From: Chiloscyllium plagiosum
Lineage: Eukaryota
Length of the DNA stretch: 39,433 nucleotides
NCBI RefSeq assembly: GCF_004010195.1
Contig: NC_057719.1
Location: 42,493,820-42,533,252, forward strand
Direction: 5' to 3'
Shown: positions 23,650-34,579 of the stretch, piece after piece
Numbering within the stretch: the first letter of the stretch is position 1
Layout: every line of letters begins with the position of its first letter
Notes under the pieces: model-generated
Seen by the model: only the letters and a program-made list of their open reading frames with translations
Databases searched by the model: none
Told to the model about the DNA's origin: nothing
Program-made: the position numbers and the translations under genes

Positions 23650-23880
23650 TTATTTAGCAGGAATTAGTTGGCTAGATCTCTAGTTTGTGGTTCAGAATGA
23701 CGCAAACAGCTAAAGTTTGATTTCTATTCCAGCTGAGATGGAAATAGGGTCTACCCTCTTGACCTGCACCCAAAAGGCAGTAGGTGGCCACAAAACAAAG
23801 AAACAAACAAAAAAAAAATGGATGAGCCATCAGCAATGAGTCAAGGACCTGCCTTTAGGAACATAGTGATTTATTATAAC
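23650..23880 (+). mobile_element. Degenerate tRNA-derived SINE ('family C')
   Basis: AGTTGGCTAGA..CAGAATGACGCAAACAGC..GTTTGATTTC..GCTGAG resembles the head at 31745-31830. Confidence 0.45.
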
Positions 23881-23999
23881 AACTTGCTTTGTTCAGTATT
23901 TGTTGTACTTACTTGTTAAGACAGAGAAATCTAACAATGAAAATAATTCCCTTTTAAGTAAAAGGTTTCTGGAGGCAAGAGTGACTGACTTTGACATCA

Positions 24000-25132
24000 A
24001 AACCATAATTGAATGAGTGTTGACAACAAGGAGATTGAGCAAAGTGAGAGTCAATGTGAATCAGAAGGAAAACTCTCCGCTGATAGGAGTCATTCCTCAC
24101 ACAAAGGAAGATGGCTGAGGTTCTTAGAGCTCAGTCGTCTCCGCTCTAGAACATCTCTGCTGTGGTTCTCAGCCAACCAACTTCAATTGTTTCAGCAATG
24201 CCCTTCCCTTCACCTTAAGGTCTGAAATGGGAATGTTCACTGATGATTGCACAACTTTCAGCACCCTTCACAACTCTTCAGATATTGAATCAGCCTGTAT
24301 GTATAAGCAGCAAAACCTAGACAACATCCAGGCTTGGACTGACAAGTGGCAATGAACATTTGCACCATACAAGAGCCAGAAAGTGGCCATCTCCAATAAG
24401 ACAGAATCAAATCATTGTCACTCAACATTCAATGGCATTACCATCACTGTATCCCCCACCCTGAGCATCCTGGGAGTTACCATTGACAAGAAACTGAACT
24501 GGATTAGCCATAATGAATAACAGTGGCTATAAAAGCTGGTCAGAATCTCGGAATTCCACAGTGAGAATTTCATCTCCTGTCTCCCCAGTGCCAGTCCACC
24601 ATTTACAACGGCAAAATCAGATGTGTGAAGAAATACTCCCCACTTGATTGGATGGGCGCAGCTCCAACAACACTCAACAAGTACAATACCACTCAAGACA
24701 AATAGCCCACTTGACTGGCACACCAGGTGCCATCCTTCAATATTCACTCACTCCACCACCTATGCAGCAGTGTGCACCATCTACAAGATGAACTGCAGCA
24801 GTTCTTGGAGGCTCCTCCAACCCCACCATCCAAACCCATGGTCTCTGCCACCAAGAAGGAAAAGGTCAGCAGATGCACAGGAACACTGCCAAATGCAGAA
24901 CCTCCAAACCAATCATCAACCTAACTTAGAACTATATTGCTGTTCCTTCACTGTTGCTGATTCAACTTCCTGGAACCCCCCTTCGCAAGAATACTGTAGG
25001 TTTTTCGACACCCTGAGGACTGCAGCAGATAAAGAAAGCAGCTTATAACCTCCACCTGCACACGGATAATTAAAGAAAAGTAATAAATGCAGACCCAGCC
25101 AGTGACACGTATATCCCATGAATAAATGAAAA
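24000..25132 (+). mobile_element. Family A LINE (CR1/L2 group), RT C-terminus plus long 3' region
   Basis: RT catalytic motif GMFTDDCT near 24230-24253, then QQNLDNIQAWTDKWQ and ILGVTIDKKLNW; tail ending CCCATGAATAAATGAAAA. Confidence 0.85.
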
Positions 25133-25629
25133 TACAATTTTTCCATTCATTAGCTCCTGATAAGTTAGTATTTGGTGCAATCATGGATACTTGCTTCCTA
25201 CAAAGACAACAGGTGCAGGTTATATCTTCACTCACCTCATTCACTGGATGAATACTTCAAGAATTTGCATTGTATTACAGAATGTGGAAAAACTAAGAAC
25301 CTTTCAGAATGGATACTATATAAAATACAACTTTCCTTGTGATCAATTTCCAGCAGAGGACTGTAAAAAGAACATTTTGGAAATTTTGCCTTTCAGCTAC
25401 TTCATGTTAAAGCTGAACAGTGTATCTTGGGTTTTATCAATCTTGTGACCAATTGCCTCAGGGACCAATCTGCAGTGGTTATATGAACAACAAATTAGGT
25501 ATTAATATTGAAACAGTTTCAGTCATTCTAACATTCTCACTAGCACAACCTTTTCCAACCCTTAGCTGCTATTGCAATTCATAAGGAGTCATGTGCATTT
25601 TGGGGCAATGCTCTGCAGTGTATTTTAAT

Positions 25630-26000
25630 ATCAATCTTTAGCCAATTTGATAGTACAGTCAACTCTTGTCTCAAGGTGTTGCGTTTCAAGTCCCACACAA
25701 TAACCTCATCACTTAATCTAGACTGACAATTTCATTTCCTATACAATACCAAATCGATATTGCCTGTTAGAGAGATTGCTCTTTGAAGATGAGACTTTGT
25801 TTAGATAATGTAAAAGATGTACACTTCAGAGTTCATCTGATTTGCTACATTACATTTATTCCTTAGGGGTCACCATCAAAACAGATAAACTACACATTTA
25901 CAACCTCATGTAATTGAGTAATTAACTCATAAAAGTGCTTGCTTTGAGATATCCCAAAGACATGTAAGGCACTATTAACTGCAACTTCTTTGTTTCTTTT
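25630..26000 (+). mobile_element. Highly decayed ancient SINE (DeuSINE/SacSINE1-like)
   Basis: tRNA-like head (GTTTCAAGTCCCAC), central GATGAGACTT..TGTAAAAGAT..ATTTATTCC..AAAACAGAT, and an L2-type tail (GCTTTGAGAT..AAGGCACTAT). Recognised by eye only. Confidence 0.4.
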
Positions 26001-26314
26001 TCCCCTCCCAATGGCTCGGGATAGAGTATATGATTATAAATCCAGAAAATACTTTGTTTGCACTTGTTTTACACACAATGTTGTTAATTGCATGTCAGCA
26101 ACAAGGTATCATTTAGACTGACTAGTTTGGCATAATTAGAAAGACTACAAGGAGCCAGAGTGGACATGTCAGTCTCCACTGGAACATGGTCCACGACTGC
26201 TCTTCTTCACCTGAAAACTGCTATAATATTAAATTGGGTGAAGCTTAATACAGCTTCAACATTAACTCTTTCACAGCCATTTTTTTATACAACATCCTCC
26301 AACAAGGAGCCAGA

Positions 26315-26652
26315 GTGGGCGGCACGGTGGCACAGTGGTTAGCACTGCTGCCTCACAGCGCCAGAGACCCGGGTTCAATTCCCGACTCAGGCGACTGACT
26401 GTGTGGAGTTTGCACGTTCTCCCCGTGTCTGCGTGGGTTTCCTCCGGGTGCTCCGGTTTCCTCCCACAGTCCAAAGATGTGCAGGTCAGGTGAATTGGCC
26501 ATGCTAAATTGCCCGTCGTGTTAGGTAAGGGGTAAATGTAGGGGTATGGGTGGGTTACGCTTCAGCGGGTCGGTGTGGACTTGTTGGGCCGAAGGGCGTG
26601 TTTCCACACTGTAATGTAATCTAATCTAATGTAATGTAAAGAATCTAATCTA
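26315..26652 (+). mobile_element. Full-length, young HE1-type V-SINE
   Basis: A box TGGCACAGTGG 26328-26338, B box GGTTCAATTCC 26372-26382, V-domain, CR1-like tail GGGCCGAAGGG..TGTTTCCACACTGT, (TAATC/G)n end, many undecayed CpGs. Confidence 0.95.
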
Positions 26653-26659
26653 AAGGCTT

Positions 26660-27400
26660 CAGCCCATTGTTAACATTTATACTTTCAGGTGTATAACCAC
26701 TTTTATACTCCATCTCCCTCAAATCTCGGACTCCACAAATTCATGTGGTCTAATCATCTTTCTGATGCCCTTTACAGAGGATGCTGTTCCTGCTAAGTGT
26801 GACAGTTGGCCCATTACCTTGAAGAGGTAATGAATAATCTCCTTTGCAGAAAATCTCTTCCTTGCTAAGTCAGGTAGTTGCCCTTTAATATCTGATTACC
26901 TTTAACTTGATGACTCTCAATGATGAAAGATGACTAACCTGTTCAAATAGGCAATGTTCTCTTCTTGACTAAGTCGTGAAGCTGCATTTGATGCTATGAA
27001 AGCTGGCTTCCATGCTGTCAGATGCAGCTCATCTCCATTTTGTTCAAGCAAATACTTACTCTCTTTTTATTAACAACTCTGTATTGGAATACGTAATCTT
27101 TTCTTCACTCTGCTGAGTAGATCGGATAGCTCCATTCACAATTGTGATGTCTTCCTCATGAACTGACATTTTTACAGCCTCAATTGTGTTACTGGAGGAC
27201 AATACTTTGTTTGTACATTTGTCAAGTTATATTCCACATAAGGCAAATCCAACAGCTCTGAAATGATTTGCTTCTTTGGCTGATGGATAGCATTGATATG
27301 GGTTTGAGTCACAGTCATCAAGTCCCACCTGTTCCAGAGGTGTTTAATAAAATCACGGAGCAGGTTGGTCAGAAAAATAGGTTGAAAACAGGACAAAATA
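26660..27400 (-). mobile_element. Probable very decayed Ty3/Gypsy pol (RNase H region) relic
   Basis: Ordered frameshifted fragments PYVEYNLTNVQTKY (cf. AYASRSLT..E.RY), FQYRVVNKK (cf. Y.F.V.YKPG) and NSILCKGHQ (cf. DGILFKG.R). Confidence 0.4.
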
Positions 27401-27404
27401 TTAA

Positions 27405-27650
27405 GCTCAATAAAAATCTGGAATTAAGAATCTAATGATGACCATGAATCGATTGCCAAATGTCAAGAAAACACCATCTGGTTCACCGATGTCCTTTAGG
27501 GAATGAAACAGTCATCCTTATCTGGTCTGGACTACATGTGACTCCAAACTCTCAACAATATGGTGGACTCTTAACTACCCTCTGGGAAATTAGGGATGGG
27601 CAATCAATGCTGGCTTAGCTGATGCCACTCTTACCTTATGAATGAGTAAA
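27405..27650 (+). mobile_element. Family B SINE, 5'-truncated
   Basis: AAAAATCTGGAATTAAGAATC..GGTTCAC..TGTCCTTTAGGGAA..TTAGGGATGGGCAAT matches the reverse complement of about 6950-7200. Confidence 0.85.
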
Positions 27651-27669
27651 CAACAAACAAAACATTGTT

Positions 27670-27960
27670 AGGAGGTCTTGTGATGTAGTAGCCTCCTCTG
27701 CACCAGGAGGCAAGGATTCAAGTCCCATCCACTCGAAAAGTGTGTAATAATTTGAAAATATCAAAATGATTCATTCAAATCACACTTGCTCCAGAGGTGT
27801 GCCATAACATCTCTGAACAGTAATTAAAAATACCAAAATGCTACATTTGGGCTCTTGTGACAAGTGGTAGTGTCCTTACCTCTGAGCCAGGAGCCCTGGG
27901 TAAAAGTCCCACCCGCTCCAGGGGTATGTAATAACATCTCTGAACAGGTTAATTTAAAAA
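27670..27960 (+). mobile_element. Cluster of 2-3 short (about 110 nt) tRNA-like SINE copies
   Basis: Repeated TCTTGTGA..GTAG..CCTCTG..CCAGGAG..AAGTCCCA..GCTCCAG..ATAACATCTCTGAACAG units near 27671, 27775 and 27849. Confidence 0.6.
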
Positions 27961-28339
27961 AACATATGAGGTTATTTCTAAATTTCTCTCATATTCCACC
28001 ACACCGTTTTTAACGTACATTGTCATGAATCTTCATTGGATTTCTTGCACTGGTTTGGTTTCTGTAAAATACAAACTTCACCAATCAACACTTTTTGTAG
28101 ATTTTATAGGACTGTCTTGATATAGATACCAGTTTTAATATTGTGTACAGAAAACACCTGGTTTTCTTTACAATAACATAAATCATTGGACCAAACAGTA
28201 ATATAATATCTGGCATTAAATTAGTAGCAGTGAAGGTGTTTCTGCAAATCTGAGGAAATGAGCCTAATCTAATGCTATATTCAGACTAAATTTAGGTCTA
28301 TCCAAAACCGCAGGAATCCTGATTAAACCAGTGAAATTA

Positions 28340-28366
28340 CAAACAAACAAACAAACAAACAAACAA
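28340..28366. repeat. (CAAA)n microsatellite, about 6 units
   Basis: CAAACAAACAAACAAACAAACAAACAA read directly. Confidence 0.95.
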
Positions 28367-28424
28367 TCAAAATCATTTTCTAAGATTTTTCCAACATTAA
28401 AATAAATGGACTCAAAGGAGGATA

Positions 28425-28815
28425 CAGTCAGAGTCATGCAGCACAGAAACAGACCCTTTGGTCCAACCAGTCCATGCCAACCATAATCCCAAACAAAACT
28501 AGCCCCATCTGCCTGCGCTTGGCTTGTATCCCTCCAAACATTTCTTATTCATGTACTTACCCAAATGTCTTTTAAATGTTTTAATTGTACCTGCATCCAC
28601 CATTTTCACTAGAAGTTCACTCAACACATGAACCAGTGACTAAAAAAAAATCCCCTTTTATCTTTTTTTCAAATCTTTCTCCTCTCATATTAAAAATATG
28701 TCCCCTAATCTTGAATGCCCCAGCCAAGGAAAAAGACACTTGCCACTCACCTTATCTATACTCCTCATGATTTTATAAACCTCTATAAGGATACCTACAT
28801 TCTAGTGAAATAAAA
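28425..28815 (-). mobile_element. HER1-like CR1 3' fragment
   Basis: CAGCACAGAAACAGACCCTTTGGTCCAAC tail and CTCATGATTTTATAAACCTCTATAAGG (LIEVYKIM on the minus strand). Confidence 0.85.
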
Positions 28816-29204
28816 AAAAGGGATAGTTCTGGAAATGTGCACAGTTTATATTGCAATAAATGCTCGGGTTTATTTTCAATATTCTGCTCAATCTATTTCA
28901 TAACTTTCTGGATCACTAATACAAATGTGGCAATAATAGAATGGTACAAGATGGCACATACATAGATGAATCAGTCTTAATAAGCTTGGTTTTTAAAATT
29001 ATAAAGAATTTCTGCAGAAGATCAAACACAGCAGGAAGCTAAGTAATCTGATAAAATAATGTCTGAAGCTATAATTTATGTTAATCAAAGATTAAGCACT
29101 GAGCACTTGTCAAATAAGAAACAGCTTTCTAAGGAATGTTAACACGCAAAAGATATAAATAGACCAAATGAAGTGTACTAGCCAAATCAAATACAGCTTC
29201 AGAG

Positions 29205-29455
29205 TGAAGGGACAACGTTTTCAAACTGAGATGAGGAGGAATTGCTTCAGCCAGGGGGTGGTGAATCTGTGGAACTCATGCCACAAAAGAGGCCAAGTCA
29301 TCGAGTATCCTTAAAACAGATAGATAGATTCTTGATTGGTAAGGGGATCAAAGATTACAGGGAGAATGGAGTTGAGAAACATATCAGTTGAGAATGGTGG
29401 AGCAGACTCACTGGGTTGAATGCCCTAATTCTGCTCCTATATCTTGGTGTTATGG
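29205..29455 (+). mobile_element. CR1 3' end
   Basis: ACTGAGATGAGGAGGAATTGCTTCAGCCAG..CTAATTCTGCTCCTATATCTT, homologous to 2595-2855. Confidence 0.8.
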
Positions 29456-31744
29456 CCCTAAATATAATAGACACATTGGTGGTCATCCTCCAAGATTCTA
29501 TTTTATAAACACCAGGACTGTATAAATTGGAAAAATACGAGGTCATCTGCAACAACTCACTTCTAAGTGTATGCAAGGTGCCAGTCATGTATATGAGCAT
29601 CAAGTGTATGAGATATAAAATGTAAAATAAATCTCCTTGTGCACATAAACACCAAGTTACCCAGAGATAAACTTTGATCCAATACCAAATTGATAACTAT
29701 ATTTTGAACTGAAATTACACAGCTGGGCACATTTAAGATAAATTCAATATTCCAGATGACAGGAGGAAGATATACTTTGTGCGACATGAATAATACAATT
29801 TCAATCAATAAAGTAGCAGCAATTACTAACAAATGCTTCCGCTCTCCCCTAACATATAGTACAATTTACATTTGGCAGAATTAGTTGATGATTCATCCAA
29901 TTCCAGAACTCATTAACTTCAGTGGAAAATTTGGAATGAGACACTTCTGATCAATTTTATATTATCATTAATGCCTTAATCTGTTTTTGTCAGGTAGTGA
30001 CTTGTATCAGTTTATTCTACTAAGTTCCGAATTGTTCACAAATATCAAGCATACAAGTGAAGTAATCTCTTGTGACAGAATGCTAACAGCAAAAGTTTGG
30101 GGTTATGACAACAAAATCAAATAACTATGCAGCTGGTCAGGATATAGACTAAGGAAGGCCACATGAAATGCAGTCCATTTCAAAAATGTGTGGTTATGAC
30201 CCAGGTAACAACTTGCATTTCAGCATCAGAAGCATTTAATAAGCGACATTACTCACAGAACTCATATTCTGTACAGACTTTTTATTGTCATGTTAATCAC
30301 TCTGTTGCCATAACAGCTGTCTTATGGTTTAATTGCATATTGGATTTTTAAGAAGCAGAGAGTTGAGTCAGGAATGATAGTTTGAGAAAGCAACAGCACA
30401 ACATTGATGCAGACAGTACAAATAAACATAGAAGTTTAAGCAGGAGGGCATATGTGAGAAGAGGAAATGACAAACGGAGCAAGAGACAGACATCAAATCA
30501 ATAATTTTAAGTAGATGGAACTAAATCAAAACAACTTAACTGCGTCATTTACCAAGAAATTAATTGGCAGACATCTTGAAAAACTTTCATTTTATTAGCT
30601 ACTTCCTTTGTATAGTGATCACTTAATCCCCTGAAATCCTTTTTATGTAGTCAATCACACAGCAAATGATGGGGGAAGATGTCCAGTTTACACCAAAGAC
30701 ATGGCAGTAGCAGGTTCAGAATCCTGTCGAAGAACTTATTCCAACTTTTGGGTGGTCTGGTCTTATATAGCTAGAGTGCCCAATGGAAACAGCTAAGTAC
30801 CCAAAAAACATTAGGGTCAAATTATGTTCTCAAATGGCTAATGCCAAATCTGTCTCAGCTAACATTGCTACAACTGACTTACACCCCACGCATAAATGAT
30901 GAGTATTGCAAAATGGAAGACCACCATTTCCAGCATTTACATTACTTTCTCCATGGACAACCAGAAACAGATTACAATTCTGTGACACAGAAACATTGCC
31001 TATTTTCCCTGGGTCCAGAATATCATTGATTGGATGCAGGCTAAATGATATGACCTCAGCTCCACTTTCTTTTCTGACCATTTAGAATATCACTGCCTAC
31101 TCTTTGTCCTTGCACAGCAAATGTGAGGTTAGTTACTTTTGGAAACACAGCTTGCCCTGGCACTCTTACGTCATTAATCCTCTCAGGAACTCTCACTCAG
31201 TGGTTGAACTGCACTAGAATCAAACCTACTCTGGCAGCTCTAATATTCTCATTACATTTTTTTAATTGCACTGCACTGCAGGAAGGTCCATAGAACAACA
31301 TTTGTGGCATTTACTTGCTTTATCAGCTCTGTGTCTGTTGCTCACTGTGATTACACATGCCATTAGCACCTCCAGCACTGCAGGGATATTCAGAACCCCA
31401 GCCATCATATCACACACTTCATTTATTTAGCTGATTCATTTAAATGCACAGATGCTTTTTTTTATCCTACCAGACTCGTATGACAACTTAAATTGGGAAA
31501 AGTCTGGCTTGTACTTGGCCTCGGATAAAACTTTTGGATTGCTCTGTGAACATACAATTTGGACAAAACAATGGCCGTGGCTGAAGGCAGGCTTCAAGCT
31601 TTTGTAGTCTTATCAAGAAAATATTCCTTCCCGTGGAGGAACTGCTGTTTATCCTTAAGCAGAGGCCATCCCTCTCAACTGGCAAGCTGTTTATCAGAAT
31701 CATCACCGACTTGCCAGTTACAATTAAATTAGCTTTGGCCTAGG

Positions 31745-31955
31745 GTTTGGGTGTCAGTTAGATCGGATGGTTGGATGGCTGGCTTGCAATGCAAAGTGAT
31801 GGATTCGATTTCCACACTGGCTGAGGTTAATATGAAGGACTCGACTTCTCAATTTCTCCTCTTGGTGACCCTCAGATTATACCATCATCAGTTTCTCTCT
31901 TAAGAGAGGGCAACCCAATGCTCCAGTAGAATTATGGTAAATTTACCTTTACCTT
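31745..31955 (+). mobile_element. tRNA-derived SINE ('family C')
   Basis: B-box-like GGATTCGATTTCC at 31801, internal TCTCTCTTAAGAGAG palindrome, (TTTACC)n tail. Confidence 0.55.
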
Positions 31956-32970
31956 GAGGCTGAGCCACAGAACCTGCACAGGCCCTCACCATCAAGCAGA
32001 TGGAATGGTTGCCCTAAATATGTCACTCATGAAAACTGCCACCTCATCCATGGCAGTTTAATTCTATTGCTTGTATAGTTCATACAAGCTTAAAAGATTA
32101 AGACACTACCAATATGTAAAGTGTCGAATTGGAAATGAAATTAACATGGGAAAGGTCTATAAAATTAAAGGTCACCTTAATGTTGTTGTCCTATCTTACA
32201 TATAGCAACAGATTACAGAAACACTGGATACAATCAGTGCTAGTTAGTTCCTTTCTAGTTTCAGCTGTTCAGACTGAGCAGAGTGTGAAGATCTATGTCA
32301 ATCTTGTATCAATCTCAATTAAAAAGTTAATTTTATTGCATGTGGCCACCTTTATAATCAAATACCAACCAGAACGCAGTGACCAGACTCATGCAAAAAG
32401 ATAAAGTTCAAGCAAGATAGCAAAGACCTTAAGACCATAAGATTTAGGAATGGAAACAGGCATACACAGCTCATCGACTCTCTCTGCCATTCAATGTGAT
32501 CATAGCTGATTTGATCATTCTCAACTTCACTTTCATGCATTATCCCCATAACCATCAATTCCAGTACCAATTAAAAATCTATCTTAACCTTCAATATACT
32601 CAATAATCCAGCCTCTCCAGCCCTTTGCAGTAAAGAATTCCACATTTCACTACCCTCTGGGAGAAGAAGTTCTTCCTCATTGCTATCCTAACTGGCAAAC
32701 CTCTTATTGTGAGATTACACCCACTGGTCCTAGAATATCAATTCTTTTAATCTCTCAGGAGCCTTCTTCTCAATTCCAATGAATACAGACCCAAACTACT
32801 CAACTTCTCCTCGTAACACAATCCTTCCACATCCTGTACTAACCAAGTTTGGATTGCCTCCAAACCTTGGCTAATGGCACAAAAACTGATCACAGTGCTC
32901 TAACTGTAATCTGCCTAACATCTTGTGTAATTTTGACAAGACTTCCCTATTTTTATACTTAATTGCTTTT

Positions 32971-34020
32971 CAGATTGGAGGCCTGTGACCAGTGGAGGGC
33001 CACAATGATCATTGGTAGGTCCACCGCTTTTCATCATTTATATAAAATGATTTGGATGTAATCATAAGAGGTACAGTTAGTAAGTTTGCAGATGAGACCA
33101 AAATTGGAGGTGTAGTAGACAGCGAAGAAAGTTACCTCAGAGTACAATGGGATCTTGACCAGATGGGCCAGTGGGCCAAGAAGTGGCTGATGGAGTTTAA
33201 TTTAGATAAACATGAGGTGCTGCATTTTGGAAAGGCTAATATAATTAATGGTAATGTCTGGAGTGTGTTGCTAAACAAAGAGACCTTGGAGTGCAGGTTC
33301 ATAGTTCGTTGCAAGTGGAGTCTCAGGTAGATAGGATAGTGAAGAAGATTCCTGATGAATGGGTTTTGCCTGAAACGTAAATTCTCCTGCTCCTCGGATG
33401 CTGCCTGACCTTCTCTCGACTAGAGAAGAAGGTGGTTAGTATGCTTTCCTTAATTGGTCAGAGCATTGAGTATAGGAGTTGGCAGATCATGTTGTGGCTG
33501 TACAGGACATTGTGTGCAATTCTGGTCACCCTCCTATAGGAATGATGTTACAAAACTTGAAAGGGTCCAGAAAATATTTACAAGAACGTTGCCAGAGTTG
33601 GAGGGTTTGAGCTATCAGAAGAGGCTGAATAGGCTGAGGCTGTTTTCCCTGGGGTGTTGGAGGCGGAGGGTTAACCTTATAGAGGTTTATAAAATCATGC
33701 AGGGAATGGATAGGATAAATAGTCCAGAACTAGAGGGCATGGGATTAGGGTGAGAAGAGAAAAATTTTAAAAGGGACCAAAGGGGCAATTTTTTCACACA
33801 AAGGATGTTGTGTGCACAGAATGAGCTGCTAAAGGAAGTGGTGGACGCTGGCACAATTACAAAATTTAAAAGGCATCTGGATGGGTATATGAATAGGAAG
33901 GGTTTAGAGGAATATGGGCCAATTGCTGACAAATGGAACTAAATTAGGTTAGGACATCTAGTTGGCATGGACGAGTTGGACCAAAGGGTCTGTTTCCGTG
34001 CTGTACATCTCTATGACTCT
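32971..34020 (+). mobile_element. HER1-like CR1, 5'-truncated
   Basis: SKFADETKIGGVVDSEE (33052-33330), CVQFWSPSYR..LIEVYKIM (33454-33753), tail GTTTCCGTGCTGTACATCTCTATGACTCT. Confidence 0.92.
33348..33420 (+). mobile_element. 73-bp PLE terminal-repeat insert with a decayed hammerhead
   Basis: ATTC-CTGATGA..GAAAC-GTA; TSD TAGTGAAGAAG 33337-33347 and TAGAGAAGAAG 33421-33431 (1 mismatch). Confidence 0.82.
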
Positions 34021-34579
34021 AAAGAAAGGCCAACATTCCAATTGCCTTTCTTACTGCCCTGAATGCTAGTTTTTTTGTGATTTATGGACAAAGAATCCCA
34101 AAACCCTCCCTGCTGTAGCTTTATGCAACCTTTTCCCTATTTAAATAATATTCAGCTCCTCTATTCTTCCTACCAAAGTGCATAACCTCACATTTCCCCA
34201 TATTAATCCATTTGCCAAGTTAAGCCAGTGGGCAAAACCTTTCTTGATCCCTCTGCAGACTTTTTGTCATCTTCACCACTTAGCTTCCCATTTACTTTGG
34301 TGTCTTTTGCAAACTTGGCAATAGTATATTCACTTCCCTCAACCAACTCATCAATATATATTGTAAATAATTGTTGCTCAAGCATTGATCCGTGTAGCAC
34401 TCCACTAATTATAGGTTACAATCTTGAAAATGCCCCCTTCCCCCAACTCTCCATCTTCTCAGAGGCAGCTAATCCTCAGTCCATGCTAATATACTGCTCC
34501 AAACATCAACGACTCTTATTGAGTAGCCTAACATCTGGCACCTTTTCAAACACCTGCTGAAAATCCAAATATATTACAA

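Noticed and set aside
26317..26390. Possible tRNA gene
   Set aside because: The A and B boxes run straight into a V-SINE body with no acceptor stem.
26935..27170. Apparent host exon (MSVHEEDIT... and SKYLLEQNG...) with GT donors
   Set aside because: The frames do not connect without a frameshift; a decayed Gypsy pol fits better.
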